64,000 bases of DNA from an uncultured bacterium (lineage in GTDB: Bacteria > Abyssobacteria > SURF-5), in the NCBI GenBank assembly GCA_964607485.1, contig CAZSKP010000008.1, positions 81,478 to 145,477 of the forward strand, given 5' to 3'. The translations under genes and the position numbers were made by a program. Shown in pieces: positions 9,895 to 19,765 of this stretch (position 1 is the stretch's first letter; every line of letters begins with the position of its first letter). The notes below the pieces were generated by a model. It was given only the letters and a program-made list of their open reading frames with translations, had not been told where the DNA came from and did no database searches.

Positions 9895-11475
9895 ATGCCA
9901 GAACAACCGCCTGCCGGACATAGCATCGCCCGCTCTGCGGCGCTGATAGGTTCGGGCACGATGCTCAGCCGCGTGTTCGGGCTCGTCCGCGACATGGTCA
10001 TCGCCTACCTGTACCCGAAGGCGGTCAGCGACGCCTTCTTCGTCGCGTTTCGGCTTCCGAACATGCTCCGCGAGATGCTGGCCGAGGGGGCGATGAACGC
10101 CGGTTTCATACCCGTGTTCTCCGACTACATGGCCACGCGCCCGCGCGAGGAGGCGGAGGAACTGGTGGCGGTAGCGATCGGCGCCATGGCCGCCGTGCTG
10201 ATGTCGGTCTCGGCGCTCGGGGTCATTTTCGCGCCGGCCATCGTGCGCTTTATCACGCTCGAATTCGGGCCGCCGAACGACAAGCTGCTGCTGGCGATTC
10301 GTCTCGCGAGGCTCCTTTTCCCCTATATCCTCCTCATCGGCATGGCCTCGCTGTTGATGGCGATTCTGAATTCGCTCCACCGCTTCTTCTCGTCCGCCTA
10401 CGCGCCGATGCTGCTGAACGTTTCAATGATCGCCTGCGCGTATCTCTTCCGGCACAGTTTCAGGGAGCCGATATTCGGGCTGGCGGTCGGAGTGGTCGTG
10501 GGCGGAGTGCTCCAGATTCTCCTGCAGATTCCGTTCATTCGGAGGGTGAAAATTCCGCTGCGGGCCGCGTGGAACTTCAGGCACCCGGGGCTGCATCGCA
10601 TATTCCTGCTGCTTCTGCCCACGTTCTTCGGCCAGGCGGTGCGCGAGGTGAACATCATCGTCGATACCATGCTGGCATGGTATCTCGGCGAGGGGATGGT
10701 CTCCGCGCTTTACTACGCTTACAGGATCGTGCACCTGCCGCTGGCGGTGTTCGGGCTGGCCATCGCCACGGCCATTTTGCCGACGATGTCGCGCGCATCG
10801 AGCACGGGCGACATCGGCGAGCTCAAGCGAACCCTGTCGCTCGGCCTGAGGTCGGTGTTTTTCATCATGCTGCCGGCGACGGTGGGGCTGATAGTGCTGC
10901 GGGTGCCCATCGTGAGGCTCCTGTTCGAGCATGGGCGGTTCGACGCCGTCGCGACCGACAACACGGCGTTCGCGCTGCTGTTTTATTCGTTCGGCCTCTT
11001 CGCCTTCGCGGGCGCCAAGGTGCTCGCCTTTGCCTTCTACTCGATGAAGGAGACGAAGCTTCCCGTCATGGTCGCGGTGGTTGCGATGGTCTCGAATGTC
11101 GTTCTCAACCTGCTGCTCATGATTCCGCTGAGGCAGGGCGGGCTGGCGCTGGCGTCGTCCATCTCCTCGACGATCAACATGGTCGTGCTGTGGATGTTCC
11201 TCGAAAGGAGAATCGGCGGCCTCGACGTGCGGACGATAGCGGCGGCCATGGCGAAGATATGCTGCCTGTCGCTGGCGATGGGCGTGTGCGTGTACGTTCT
11301 GGCGCTGGGCTGTGCGGGTGCGACGGGCACGGCTACGATATGGGGCAAGCTCGTGCACGTCGTGGTTCCCATACTCGGCGGCACCCTCTTCTACGTGGGA
11401 TTGGCCCTCGCCCTCAACTTCGAAGAAGCCGCCCAGCTAAAACACATCTGGACCCGCCGACGGAAAACGACATAG
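9895..11475 (+). CDS. murJ: Lipid II flippase MurJ
   Basis: SRVFGLVRD and DAFFVAFRLPN..AEGA motifs; multiple TM helices; divergent from rpsT. Confidence 0.95.
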   Translation: MPEQPPAGHSIARSAALIGSGTMLSRVFGLVRDMVIAYLYPKAVSDAFFVAFRLPNMLREMLAEGAMNAGFIPVFSDYMATRPREEAEELVAVAIGAMAAVLMSVSALGVIFAPAIVRFITLEFGPPNDKLLLAIRLARLLFPYILLIGMASLLMAILNSLHRFFSSAYAPMLLNVSMIACAYLFRHSFREPIFGLAVGVVVGGVLQILLQIPFIRRVKIPLRAAWNFRHPGLHRIFLLLLPTFFGQAVREVNIIVDTMLAWYLGEGMVSALYYAYRIVHLPLAVFGLAIATAILPTMSRASSTGDIGELKRTLSLGLRSVFFIMLPATVGLIVLRVPIVRLLFEHGRFDAVATDNTAFALLFYSFGLFAFAGAKVLAFAFYSMKETKLPVMVAVVAMVSNVVLNLLLMIPLRQGGLALASSISSTINMVVLWMFLERRIGGLDVRTIAAAMAKICCLSLAMGVCVYVLALGCAGATGTATIWGKLVHVVVPILGGTLFYVGLALALNFEEAAQLKHIWTRRRKTT

Positions 11476-11674
11476 ACGCAGCGCATTAGGTGCATTTCCC
11501 CACTTTGCCTATTTCCCCAAATAGCGTATCTGGCGATGGTGTGTTACATTTTGAGTTAGTGTATCCCGGCATCGGTACGCATGTCGTCTTCCAGGCTGCG
11601 AATATTCGAATGCGAGGTTCCCCGTTTCCAGCAAGAGAGACCGCTCCGGACATTCATAAGGAGAAAGTGTCGCC

Positions 11675-14182
11675 ATGATGGAAAAAGAAAAGTCGTCTCA
11701 CGACGATCAAGCCCATCATCACTCACCTGAGACCCAGAAGAGCGCGGAAGCTCATGGGACAAAGGACCCCGTCTGCGGGATGTCGGTGAATCCGGAAGAC
11801 TCAATCCGCTATGAACTGGACGGCAAGGTTTACCATTTCTGCAGCGAGGCCTGCCGTGACAAATTCGCGCAGAATCCGGGCGCCTATCTAAAGGACACAA
11901 AGGATGACCGTACACGCGAAACCGGGGGGCGCTTCGCCGAAACGAAGCCGGAGGCTCCGGAATATACGTGCCCCATGCATCCGGAGGTCCGGCAGAAGGA
12001 ACCCGGCGCCTGCCCCAAGTGCGGTATGGCGCTCGAACCCGTCACTACAAGGCGGACCGAAGCCCGAGTCGAGTACACCTGTCCGATGCATCCGGAAGTC
12101 GTTCAAGACAAGCCGGGGAATTGCCCGAAGTGCGGCATGGCATTGGAAAAGAGGACGGCTGAGCCGGAAGAGGCGGAAAGCGCCGAACTTGCCGACATGA
12201 CCCGGCGCTTTTGGATAAGCGTGATCCTCACCGTTCCCGTGTTTGCCATAGCCATGTCGGAGGTGATTCCCGGCCAGCCTCTGCTCAGGTTCATACCCCG
12301 GCACCTCGTTTCATGGATCGAGTTGGCGCTGGCCACGCCGGTGGTGCTTTGGGGCGGATGGCCCTTCTTCCAGCGAGGATGGTCCTCCATAGTAAACTTC
12401 AGTCTTAACATGTTCACGTTGATCGGATTGGGAACGGGCGCCGCGTATGCGTACAGCGTCATTGCGACGGTCGCGCCGGGGATATTCCCCGAATCGTTTC
12501 GCAACGAAGCGGGCGAGGTGGCGGTGTATTTCGAGGCCGCGGCGGTCATTGTGACGCTGGTGCTTCTCGGCCAGATGCTTGAGCTGAGGGCGCGAAGCCA
12601 GACCGGCTCGGCCATCAGGGCTCTGCTTGGACTTGCCTCAAAGACCGCTCGCCGCGTGCGGGACGACGGCACGGAGGAAGACATTCCGCTCGAAGAGGTG
12701 GCGGTGGGAGACCGTCTGCGGGTGCGCCCCGGCGAGAAAGTTCCGGTCGATGGCGCCATCATCGACGGGGGAAGCGCGATTGACGAGTCGATGATCACCG
12801 GAGAGCCGATACCGGTGGAAAAGAAAGAGGGAGACAGGGTCATCGGCGCAACCGTGAACGGCACCGGCTCATTCGTGATGAAGGCGGAACGAGTGGGGTC
12901 CGACACGCTCCTTGCCCAGATCGTTCATATGGTGGAAGAGGCGCAGCGAAGCCGCGCTCCAATCCAGAAATTGGCCGACGTAGTCGCGGGATATTTTGTC
13001 CCGGGCGTGGTCGGGGTGGCGGTGCTGACGTTCATCATCTGGAGCATAGTCGGTCCCTCGCCCCGTATGGGGCACGCACTGGTGAACGCCGTAGCCGTGC
13101 TCATAATCGCCTGTCCCTGCGCGCTCGGACTGGCCACGCCCATGTCCATCATGGTGTCCACGGGAAAAGGGGCGACGGCGGGTGTCTTGTTCAAGAACGC
13201 CGAGGCAATCGAGGTCATGCGCAAGGTTGACACACTCGTTGTGGACAAGACCGGCACTCTTACCGAGGGGAAACCGAAACTCGTCACTGTTCTGCCGGCC
13301 AAAGGATGGAGCGAAACGGATATCCTGCGCCTGGCGGGTTCGCTGGAGCGGGGGAGCGAGCATCCTTTAGCCGCCGCAATAATCGCCGGCGCGGAAGAAC
13401 GCCAGGTCGAGCTGGTCGGGGTGAAAGACTTTGAGTCGGTCACGGGAAAAGGAGTAAAGGGCGTCATAGAGGGACAATCGCTCGCTCTCGGAAATCAGAA
13501 GCTGCTCGAGGCGCTCGGCGTTGATGCGGCAGGGCTGGGAACCGATGCAGAAGATCTCAGGTCCGAGGGGCAGACCGTCATGTTTCTGGTCGCCGATAGG
13601 TCGGTCGCCGGGTTGTTGGGAGTAGGCGACCCCATCAAGGGAACGACGCCGGAAGCCATCCGCGGGCTTGCGGACGAGGGTGTCCGCACGGTCATGCTCA
13701 CGGGCGACAATAAGACGACGGCGCAGGCCGTCGCCAGAAAACTGGGCCTCGGAGAGGTGATAGCCGACGTGTTGCCCGACCAGAAGGCAGAGGCCGTGAA
13801 GCGCCTGCAAGGCGAGGGCCGAATCGTAGCCATGGCGGGAGACGGTGTCAACGATGCGCCGGCATTGGCGCAGGCGCAAGTCGGGATCGCCATGGGAACG
13901 GGAACGGACGTGGCGATGGAGAGCGCGGGCGTGACGCTCGTGAAAGGCGACCTGCAGGGAATCGTTCGGGCGCGGCGCCTCAGCCAGGCGACAATGCGGA
14001 ACATCAAACAGAACCTTTTCTTCGCCTTCATTTACAATTCTGTCGGCGTCCCAATCGCAGCAGGAATCCTGTATCCGTTCTTCGGCATTTTGCTCAGCCC
14101 CATGATTGCGGCGGCGGCCATGAGCTTCAGTTCCGTGTCGGTCGTGGGAAATGCATTGAGGCTGCGCAAGACATCGCTTTAG
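11675..14182 (+). CDS. copA: Cu(I)/Ag-translocating P1B-type ATPase with YHS and two YTCPMH metal-binding domains
   Basis: KDPVCGM, YTCPMHP x2, [29 protein letters not shown] and MSFSS motifs. Confidence 0.95.
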   Translation: MMEKEKSSHDDQAHHHSPETQKSAEAHGTKDPVCGMSVNPEDSIRYELDGKVYHFCSEACRDKFAQNPGAYLKDTKDDRTRETGGRFAETKPEAPEYTCPMHPEVRQKEPGACPKCGMALEPVTTRRTEARVEYTCPMHPEVVQDKPGNCPKCGMALEKRTAEPEEAESAELADMTRRFWISVILTVPVFAIAMSEVIPGQPLLRFIPRHLVSWIELALATPVVLWGGWPFFQRGWSSIVNFSLNMFTLIGLGTGAAYAYSVIATVAPGIFPESFRNEAGEVAVYFEAAAVIVTLVLLGQMLELRARSQTGSAIRALLGLASKTARRVRDDGTEEDIPLEEVAVGDRLRVRPGEKVPVDGAIIDGGSAIDESMITGEPIPVEKKEGDRVIGATVNGTGSFVMKAERVGSDTLLAQIVHMVEEAQRSRAPIQKLADVVAGYFVPGVVGVAVLTFIIWSIVGPSPRMGHALVNAVAVLIIACPCALGLATPMSIMVSTGKGATAGVLFKNAEAIEVMRKVDTLVVDKTGTLTEGKPKLVTVLPAKGWSETDILRLAGSLERGSEHPLAAAIIAGAEERQVELVGVKDFESVTGKGVKGVIEGQSLALGNQKLLEALGVDAAGLGTDAEDLRSEGQTVMFLVADRSVAGLLGVGDPIKGTTPEAIRGLADEGVRTVMLTGDNKTTAQAVARKLGLGEVIADVLPDQKAEAVKRLQGEGRIVAMAGDGVNDAPALAQAQVGIAMGTGTDVAMESAGVTLVKGDLQGIVRARRLSQATMRNIKQNLFFAFIYNSVGVPIAAGILYPFFGILLSPMIAAAAMSFSSVSVVGNALRLRKTSL

Positions 14183-14200
14183 TAGAGGAACAGACCCCGC

Positions 14201-14260
14201 AACTATAAAGAAACCGCCCAGCTAAGACACATCTGGACACGCCGCCGAAAAACTACGTAG
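14201..14260 (+). repeat. Diverged duplicate of the last 60 bp of murJ (11416-11475)
   Basis: 50/60 identity; encodes NYKETAQLRHIWTRRRKTT* versus NFEEAAQLKHIWTRRRKTT*. Confidence 0.9.
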
Positions 14261-14291
14261 CCGCGTTCCTTTCCCACTGACCGCCCGCGAA

Positions 14292-14322
14292 AGAGCAAAA
14301 AATAGGTATTATGTCCCCGGAA
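14292..14322 (+). repeat. 31-bp direct repeat, copy 1 (copy 2 at 15130-15160)
   Basis: AGAGCAAAAAATAGGTATTATGTCCCCGGAA versus AGAGCAAAACTTAGAGATTATGTCCTCGGAA, 26/31. Confidence 0.75.
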
Positions 14323-14401
14323 TTCTGGAATTCACTTGCCTGCTGGCGCTCTGTTCCAGAAGTACCTTTACAAATTCACCCGACGCACCGCTGACCGTTT
14401 A

Positions 14402-14456
14402 TGTCATTCCCACGAAAGTGGGAATCCAGTTTGTAAAGAAAAATCTTGGATCCCCC
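14402..14456. repeat. Truncated TGTCATTCCC-type REP (dRS3-like core ATTCCC-N8-GGGAAT)
   Basis: TGTCATTCCCACGAAAGTGGGAATCCAG; only the start (TGGATCCCC) of the right arm remains. Confidence 0.7.
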
Positions 14457-14469
14457 ACCTTCCCCGTTC

Positions 14470-15063
14470 CTATCTGCCCACTAAGAACATGTCAACAACT
14501 GCTTTGTTAAATTCTCCGTTTAACAAATCTTCGGGTGGCTTGTCTGTCAACGTAGCCCATTCATTGTGGGCTTTAAAAATTATACTGTTCACGGTTTTGT
14601 TGAGTGTTATGTCAACGACTTCTATTTTCACTTCTACCTTGTCTGCCCTTCCGCTCCAAGGAGTATTCCTGTCTTCCCAATGTAGAATTGTAGGAACAAC
14701 TAGAAACTGGATGTCTTGCTCTTTACATAGAAGTATAGCGTGCTCTCTATCCTTTGTATTAAACCTTTCTACTTGCGAAAAGAGGCCTAATAGTGCTGCC
14801 TGCACTTTATTAGCAACAACAATGCCGCTTCCCAAGTATACTTTAGTTTTCTCAGTGGTTTTCGCTGTCCGTGACGTCATGTTGCCCACATCATCATGAT
14901 AAATAAATGTATGGCTCCCATCATCCGTCAGCATTACTGCAATCTTCTCACTATGATTGAATGTTATTGGGTTGAGACTGTCGTCCCTAAGAGTCTTCTG
15001 CATTCTGGCATAGCAACCACTTGCGAACATCAATATCGAGATTACAAGAATTATCTTCCTCAT
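14470..15063 (-). CDS. DUF4823-like lipoprotein (AT-richer)
   Basis: Lipobox ASGC; PTILHWEDRNTPWSGRADKVEV motif. Confidence 0.7.
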   Translation of the reverse strand: MRKIILVISILMFASGCYARMQKTLRDDSLNPITFNHSEKIAVMLTDDGSHTFIYHDDVGNMTSRTAKTTEKTKVYLGSGIVVANKVQAALLGLFSQVERFNTKDREHAILLCKEQDIQFLVVPTILHWEDRNTPWSGRADKVEVKIEVVDITLNKTVNSIIFKAHNEWATLTDKPPEDLLNGEFNKAVVDMFLVGR

Positions 15064-15129
15064 CCGTTTCTCCCTTGTCGTCTTCTTCCATTTACAGTTA
15101 TGCTTCGATCCCCTTCAGACCTTAATGAG

Positions 15130-15160
15130 AGAGCAAAACTTAGAGATTATGTCCTCGGAA
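15130..15160 (+). repeat. 31-bp direct repeat, copy 2
   Basis: Pairs with 14292-14322; together they bracket the DUF4823-like gene. Confidence 0.75.
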
Positions 15161-15189
15161 CAGCTTCCGCGCCCTCTCTGATTCGCCCG

Positions 15190-15837
15190 TTAAAGGCCTA
15201 TTCGGTTCACAAGTTCTGACGGTTTTACAACGTAACTGAGAACACGACTTTTCTGCTTTCGAGCAAGTCTTATCAGCTTGAAGTCTAGTGTTAAGAAATA
15301 GTCACATTCATTATGTTCCGCGCACCATAAGTGAAACGCATCCAGAAGCTGGTTCCGGCAAAATTTTCCCGGCCCTTGATAGGCTCCGACTATTTTCTGT
15401 AATTCGAGAAAACGTTGATTCTTGATTGATGATAGAAATCGGAATTGCATCTCCCTGGCATCAAAACCTGACGCATTAAGGACCCTGCCGTATTTTATCG
15501 GAGCATCTACAAGCTCATACGGCGCACCATAGAATTTCCCTGTTTCGCTATCCATCTTGGGTATTCCCCAGCTCTCGAAAAGAGTTTCCGCCTGAACGAC
15601 GTACTTGACACTACCGGTCTTCCCCGCATCGGCTAACGATGGTAGTAATTCAGTCTCTGACTTCAAGTCAGGATTGTCAATGGTATCGTTTGGGTTAACG
15701 CGGACAGACTCATGTACGGTTACATCAAATACTTGACCACCCCAATTGATCTTTTGCTTTCTTGGACACAATCTGGGTAGTTGAGTTGCTGAAAACTTCA
15801 AGACGGTCGTATCTATATATACCTTTGGGGGTATCAT
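15190..15837 (-). CDS. PIN-like domain protein (AT-richer)
   Basis: N-terminal VYIDTTVL and C-terminal LLDAFHLWCA..DYFLTLD motifs. Confidence 0.65.
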   Translation of the reverse strand: MIPPKVYIDTTVLKFSATQLPRLCPRKQKINWGGQVFDVTVHESVRVNPNDTIDNPDLKSETELLPSLADAGKTGSVKYVVQAETLFESWGIPKMDSETGKFYGAPYELVDAPIKYGRVLNASGFDAREMQFRFLSSIKNQRFLELQKIVGAYQGPGKFCRNQLLDAFHLWCAEHNECDYFLTLDFKLIRLARKQKSRVLSYVVKPSELVNRIGL

Positions 15838-15885
15838 GGGTCATTTCCGCAACATAGGTACGCGTTTGGGGTCTGACCTCGCTTC

Positions 15886-16197
15886 TTAGATGTTTTCTCG
15901 TCGATCGTCTTTAGCCATCCGATTCGCGCAACGGCTACAATAGCCGTCGTTCATCCAAAGGCCGATCAGTTCGTGCCCTTCGACATCATGGTTTCCGCAC
16001 TTGCATTTCCGCATGAGCCATTCGTCCACAACGTAAGTCTTGAAAACGTGAAGCTGTTTTTCAGACAGACTATTCAATCCGTCTGTCATCACCTGCTTTG
16101 TGATTCCCGCAGATGCTTTCTCCAGCTCGTACTCGATCAAAAAATTCAACGCTTCCTCGTCGAGGAGTGAGGAGTCGAAGTCTTCTCGCCAATCCAT
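15886..16197 (-). CDS. Small hypothetical protein with a C-terminal Zn-ribbon-like CxC...CxxC
   Basis: GAGGAGGT RBS; CKC and CSRC motifs. Confidence 0.7.
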   Translation of the reverse strand: MDWREDFDSSLLDEEALNFLIEYELEKASAGITKQVMTDGLNSLSEKQLHVFKTYVVDEWLMRKCKCGNHDVEGHELIGLWMNDGYCSRCANRMAKDDRRENI

Positions 16198-16300
16198 CTT
16201 GCACCTCCTCTTGTAGGCGAACTAGTTCTTAGTTGGCTGGTCTTTTGAGTGCTGGGGAAAGACACGCCCCATTTGATGCGGTTGTTCGACTAGAAAATTA

Positions 16301-16981
16301 CTATTCAATCTGTTGCGTAAGAATTGCCAAGATTTCTTGTTCAAGTTTCCCGTTTGGCTGGCAGAGAGTCCCGCTGAAAGACCCTGAACCGGGAAATCTG
16401 GCTTGCTGTCCAGAGACGAAAGAAATCGTATCTGAGAAGTTGCTGGATGCACCTTGGACATTTCTTGCGGTGATGGATTTTGTCAAGACATATTTTGTGT
16501 TGACTGTAATTTGACATGTCTTTGATGAAATCTCTTCAATGATTATATTTATTCTTCCTTCAAGATTCATTCGACGCTCTATGAAAAAAAGTCCGCCCCC
16601 ATGTTCCATGTCCATCACTTCGTACGTTTGATGAGCCCTTGCGGCTGGGAAATCATACACTCTTTCTCCTCGTGCATTCTTCACATATGAATTGACCTGA
16701 CCGCAATCAACATATTTTTCTGGATCGCCGCTATAACTTACGTTGATAATGCCAGAGTCTTTATCCAAATTATTTATTACAAAGAAGCTCTTACCTAAAG
16801 CAGGAATAATTCTTTTCCAAAACTCATCTTTGCTCATACTGATGGTGACCGAATTATGGGGTAGAGGATTTGTCGTTGGTGGGAAATATTGAAATCTCCC
16901 TGCACAAGCTGCAAAAAACGACACAAGGGACAGTGTTAAGAAAATCTTGGCCTTCGACATTTGCTGCCTTTCTTCCAACAC
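16301..16981 (-). CDS. Hypothetical lipoprotein (AT-richer); start may be at 16957
   Basis: Signal peptide with lipobox FAAC; 226-codon open frame. Confidence 0.7.
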   Translation of the reverse strand: MLEERQQMSKAKIFLTLSLVSFFAACAGRFQYFPPTTNPLPHNSVTISMSKDEFWKRIIPALGKSFFVINNLDKDSGIINVSYSGDPEKYVDCGQVNSYVKNARGERVYDFPAARAHQTYEVMDMEHGGGLFFIERRMNLEGRINIIIEEISSKTCQITVNTKYVLTKSITARNVQGASSNFSDTISFVSGQQARFPGSGSFSGTLCQPNGKLEQEILAILTQQIE

Positions 16982-16982
16982 C

Positions 16983-17045
16983 TTAGGGGTGTATCCAGTT
17001 CTGACTCCTTTTCCCCGGCAGCTTTCCCGAGTCTTCAGGCTTCAT
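16983..17045 (-). pseudogene. Probable truncated HEPN partner gene (20 aa)
   Basis: ATG overlaps the MNT stop; MKPEDSGKLPGKRSQNWIHP* ends at the island junction. Identity inferred from position only. Confidence 0.3.
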
Positions 17046-17379
17046 AAACGACTTTCCCATTGCGCAGGATTTCTCGGTAAATCATACCCGGCCGGTCCTT
17101 CAATTGCTCCCACCTTGTCCGCGGTACGACGAGAATATCCATGGGCATGGAAATGCCGCGCAAGGCCCGACGGATGCGAACGCTTTCCTTCCGGGGGCTT
17201 TTGACATCATCGCCGGTAACCACAAGGATATCGAGGTCGCTGTTGATGGTGCCGCCGCCCGTGACATAGGAGCCAAACAGAATGATCCTGAGCGGTCGGG
17301 CTGTCTCGATGACCCGGCGGACGGCCTGTTCGACTTTCTCCGGCGTCACCGCCCAGTCGCATTCCCTTTTTGCTTCCAT
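17035..17379 (-). CDS. Minimal nucleotidyltransferase (MNT, MntA-like antitoxin)
   Basis: IILFGSYVTG..SDLDILVV and GKVVYEA motifs; 114 aa. Confidence 0.88.
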   Translation of the reverse strand: MEAKRECDWAVTPEKVEQAVRRVIETARPLRIILFGSYVTGGGTINSDLDILVVTGDDVKSPRKESVRIRRALRGISMPMDILVVPRTRWEQLKDRPGMIYREILRNGKVVYEA

Positions 17380-17489
17380 GTTGCGTTCACCTCGCGGATG
17401 AAAACGAAATCAATTGAAAGTATACTCAAACTTAAATAACGGCGTCAAGCGGAAAAAACGTGCACTCAAGCAAATAGGTCGGGCATGCG

Positions 17490-18278
17490 TCACTTCACCG
17501 GCTTCTTTTCTATAAACGCGTATGCGTTGTGGTTGTGGATGCTCTCGAAGTTTTCCGATGCCACGGCGAACCAGGTGATGTTGGGGTCGGAGTCGAGTTT
17601 TTGGGCGATTTCGCGCACGACGTCCTCGGCGAACATCGGGCGCGAATAGGCCTTCTCGGTCACGTATTTCTCATCTTCGCGCTTCAAGAGCGAGTAGAGC
17701 TCGCAGCTTGCCGAGTCCTCGACCAGCGCGATCACGTCCTCTATCCAGACGAACTCCTTGAACTTGAGCTGGACGGTGACGAGGCTGCGCTGGTTGTGAG
17801 CGCTTTGCTCGCTTATCTCCTTCGAGCAGGGGCACAGGTTGGTCACCGGCACGTTGACCTCCAGGGTGAAGTCGAGCGAGCCCTTGTGTGTCGCGATGAA
17901 TCTGCAGCGATACTCCGTGAGGCTTTTCGCTCCGGAGACGGGCGCGGCCTTTTCGACGAAGTAGGGGAAGCTCATCTCGAGGTGAGCGCTGTCGGCGTCG
18001 AGCGCCTTCTCAACCTCGCGAAGAAGCTCCTCCATGTGGTGCGCCGACATGCGGCCGCGATGCTTGTTGAGAACCTCGATGAAGCGGCTCATGTGCGTGC
18101 CGCGGAATCGATGCGGCAGGTTGACGTAGATGTTGATGTCGGCGACGGTGTGCTGTTCTCTCCTGGCCTTGTCGCGGACGACTATCGGATATTTGACGTC
18201 CTTCACGCCGACCTTGTCCACCTCCACATGGTGGTTGGCCGGCTCGCTCTGTACGTCTCTCATCTTCTTCTTCGACAA
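17490..18278 (-). CDS. folE2: GTP cyclohydrolase FolE2
   Basis: RGTHMSRF, LCPCSKEIS, AHNQRS and ESIHNHNA motifs. Confidence 0.95.
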   Translation of the reverse strand: MSKKKMRDVQSEPANHHVEVDKVGVKDVKYPIVVRDKARREQHTVADINIYVNLPHRFRGTHMSRFIEVLNKHRGRMSAHHMEELLREVEKALDADSAHLEMSFPYFVEKAAPVSGAKSLTEYRCRFIATHKGSLDFTLEVNVPVTNLCPCSKEISEQSAHNQRSLVTVQLKFKEFVWIEDVIALVEDSASCELYSLLKREDEKYVTEKAYSRPMFAEDVVREIAQKLDSDPNITWFAVASENFESIHNHNAYAFIEKKPVK

Positions 18279-18305
18279 GTTAATCTACCTTCCTTCGATG
18301 TTATT

Positions 18306-18370
18306 CACCGCAAAGGCACCAAGGAAGAAAGGAAGCAAAGATTCTCTTTGTGTCTCTGTGCCTTGGTGGT
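18306..18370. repeat. Intergenic palindromic repeat (CACC..AAAGGCAC / GTGCCTTGGTGGT type)
   Basis: CACCGCAAAGGCACCAAGG...CTTTGTGTCTCTGTGCCTTGGTGGT imperfect hairpin. Confidence 0.5.
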
Positions 18371-18421
18371 AAATGTTTTTCTTTGACTATGATGAATGTA
18401 TGGTTGACCCATCTGGACTAC

Positions 18422-19111
18422 TCAGATTTGTGTTCCAGAGTTTCTTACGTTCAAAATGGGGTCGGAAACTCCGGCCTCCTCGAATCCTCGTGCCCTGAGC
18501 GCGCAGCTGTCGCACTCGCCGCACGGCACGTCGCTGTTCTTGTAGCACGACCACGTCAGGTGCAGCGGCGCGTCGAGCTTGACGCCGAGCCTGATTATCT
18601 CCGCCTTCTTCATCTTTATCAGTGGGGCGACGACCTCGATACGCGTTTCGGGCTTCGTGCCGACCCGAATCAGTTCGTTGAAGGCGTCGTAATAGACCTC
18701 GCGGCAGTCCGGATAGCCCGAGCTGTCGGGTTCGACCGCTCCTATGTATATCTTCGCCGCGCCTATCACCTCGGCCCATGAGACGGCGACGGCGAGGAAG
18801 TGCGTGTTCCTGAACGGCACGTAGCTCGACGGGATGCCCGCCCGTCGCAGGTCGGCCCGCTCCACCCGCATGTCGGGGTCGGTCAGGCTCGAGCCGCCGA
18901 TTGCGCGGAGGTAGCCGATGTCGGCCACGAGCGTGCGCCCGACGCCGTAGTGCCCGGCTATCTCACGGAAGGCGCGCAGCTCGCGCTGCTGCGTCCGCTG
19001 GCCGTAGCTCACGTGGAGCATCGCGAGTTCGTGGTCCCGCGCCGCCACGGCGGCAGCCACGCAGCTATCCATCCCTCCGCTCACGAGCGCTATCGCGAGT
19101 TCGCGCGCCAC
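18422..19111 (-). CDS. queC: 7-cyano-7-deazaguanine synthase
   Basis: SGGMDS, YVPFRN, GYPDCR and WSCY..CGECDSC motifs. Confidence 0.96.
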   Translation of the reverse strand: MARELAIALVSGGMDSCVAAAVAARDHELAMLHVSYGQRTQQRELRAFREIAGHYGVGRTLVADIGYLRAIGGSSLTDPDMRVERADLRRAGIPSSYVPFRNTHFLAVAVSWAEVIGAAKIYIGAVEPDSSGYPDCREVYYDAFNELIRVGTKPETRIEVVAPLIKMKKAEIIRLGVKLDAPLHLTWSCYKNSDVPCGECDSCALRARGFEEAGVSDPILNVRNSGTQI

Positions 19112-19114
19112 CGC

Positions 19115-19765
19115 TCACACACCTCTTTCGACCCGCGGCCAAATGTATTTGTGAAGCTGCAAGTGAAGCCGCACGTTTGAAACGTCGTTGGGTGCCGGCG
19201 ACGCGAGCATCCACGACGCCAGCTCCGACGGCTCCAATACGCCGAACGCGGGCGACAGGTGCACGGTGTGTTTCTCATACAGGCGATGTTCTTCCATGAT
19301 TTCAACCGCCCAGTCGTAGTCGGCCCGGTCGATGAGCACGAACTTTACTTCGTCGCGAGGTCTGAGCAGGCCGAGATTGTCCCAGAGCATATGCTCCGAC
19401 ATGCCGCTGCCGGGACACTTGATGTCCATGATCGTCGTGGCCCTGGCGTCTATGCCCTGGAGGGATACGCTGCCGTTCGTCTCGAGCAGAACCTTGTAGC
19501 GCCGGTCGGCAAGCGCGGTGACGAGCGCGAGGGTTTCCGGCTGCAACAGCGGTTCGCCGCCGGTTATCTCGACCAGCCCCGTCGGGAACCGGGTCACGGC
19601 GTCAATCACCTGTTCCGGTGTCTGTTCCTCGCCCTCCTCGTACGCGTATCGCGTGTCGCAGTAGCTGCACCGCAGGTTGCAGCCCGTGAGCCGGACGAAC
19701 GCGCACGGAAGCCCGGCGTACGTGGATTCGCCTTGAATGCTGAAGAAAATCTCATTTATCTTCAA
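19115..19765 (-). CDS. queE: 7-carboxy-7-deazaguanine synthase (radical SAM)
   Basis: EIFFSIQGE, GCNLRCSYCDT, TGGEP and LQLHK motifs. Confidence 0.95.
   Translation of the reverse strand: MKINEIFFSIQGESTYAGLPCAFVRLTGCNLRCSYCDTRYAYEEGEEQTPEQVIDAVTRFPTGLVEITGGEPLLQPETLALVTALADRRYKVLLETNGSVSLQGIDARATTIMDIKCPGSGMSEHMLWDNLGLLRPRDEVKFVLIDRADYDWAVEIMEEHRLYEKHTVHLSPAFGVLEPSELASWMLASPAPNDVSNVRLHLQLHKYIWPRVERGV

Noticed and set aside
14336-14899. 187-aa + strand ORF in the AT-richer island
   Set aside because: It is antisense to the better-supported DUF4823-like lipoprotein and runs through repeat DNA.
16216-16291. attC-like site (minus strand GTCGAAC...GTTCGCC) between island genes
   Set aside because: The R boxes are plausible but the internal L boxes do not pair, and no integron integrase is in the window. 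At best it is a degenerate remnant.
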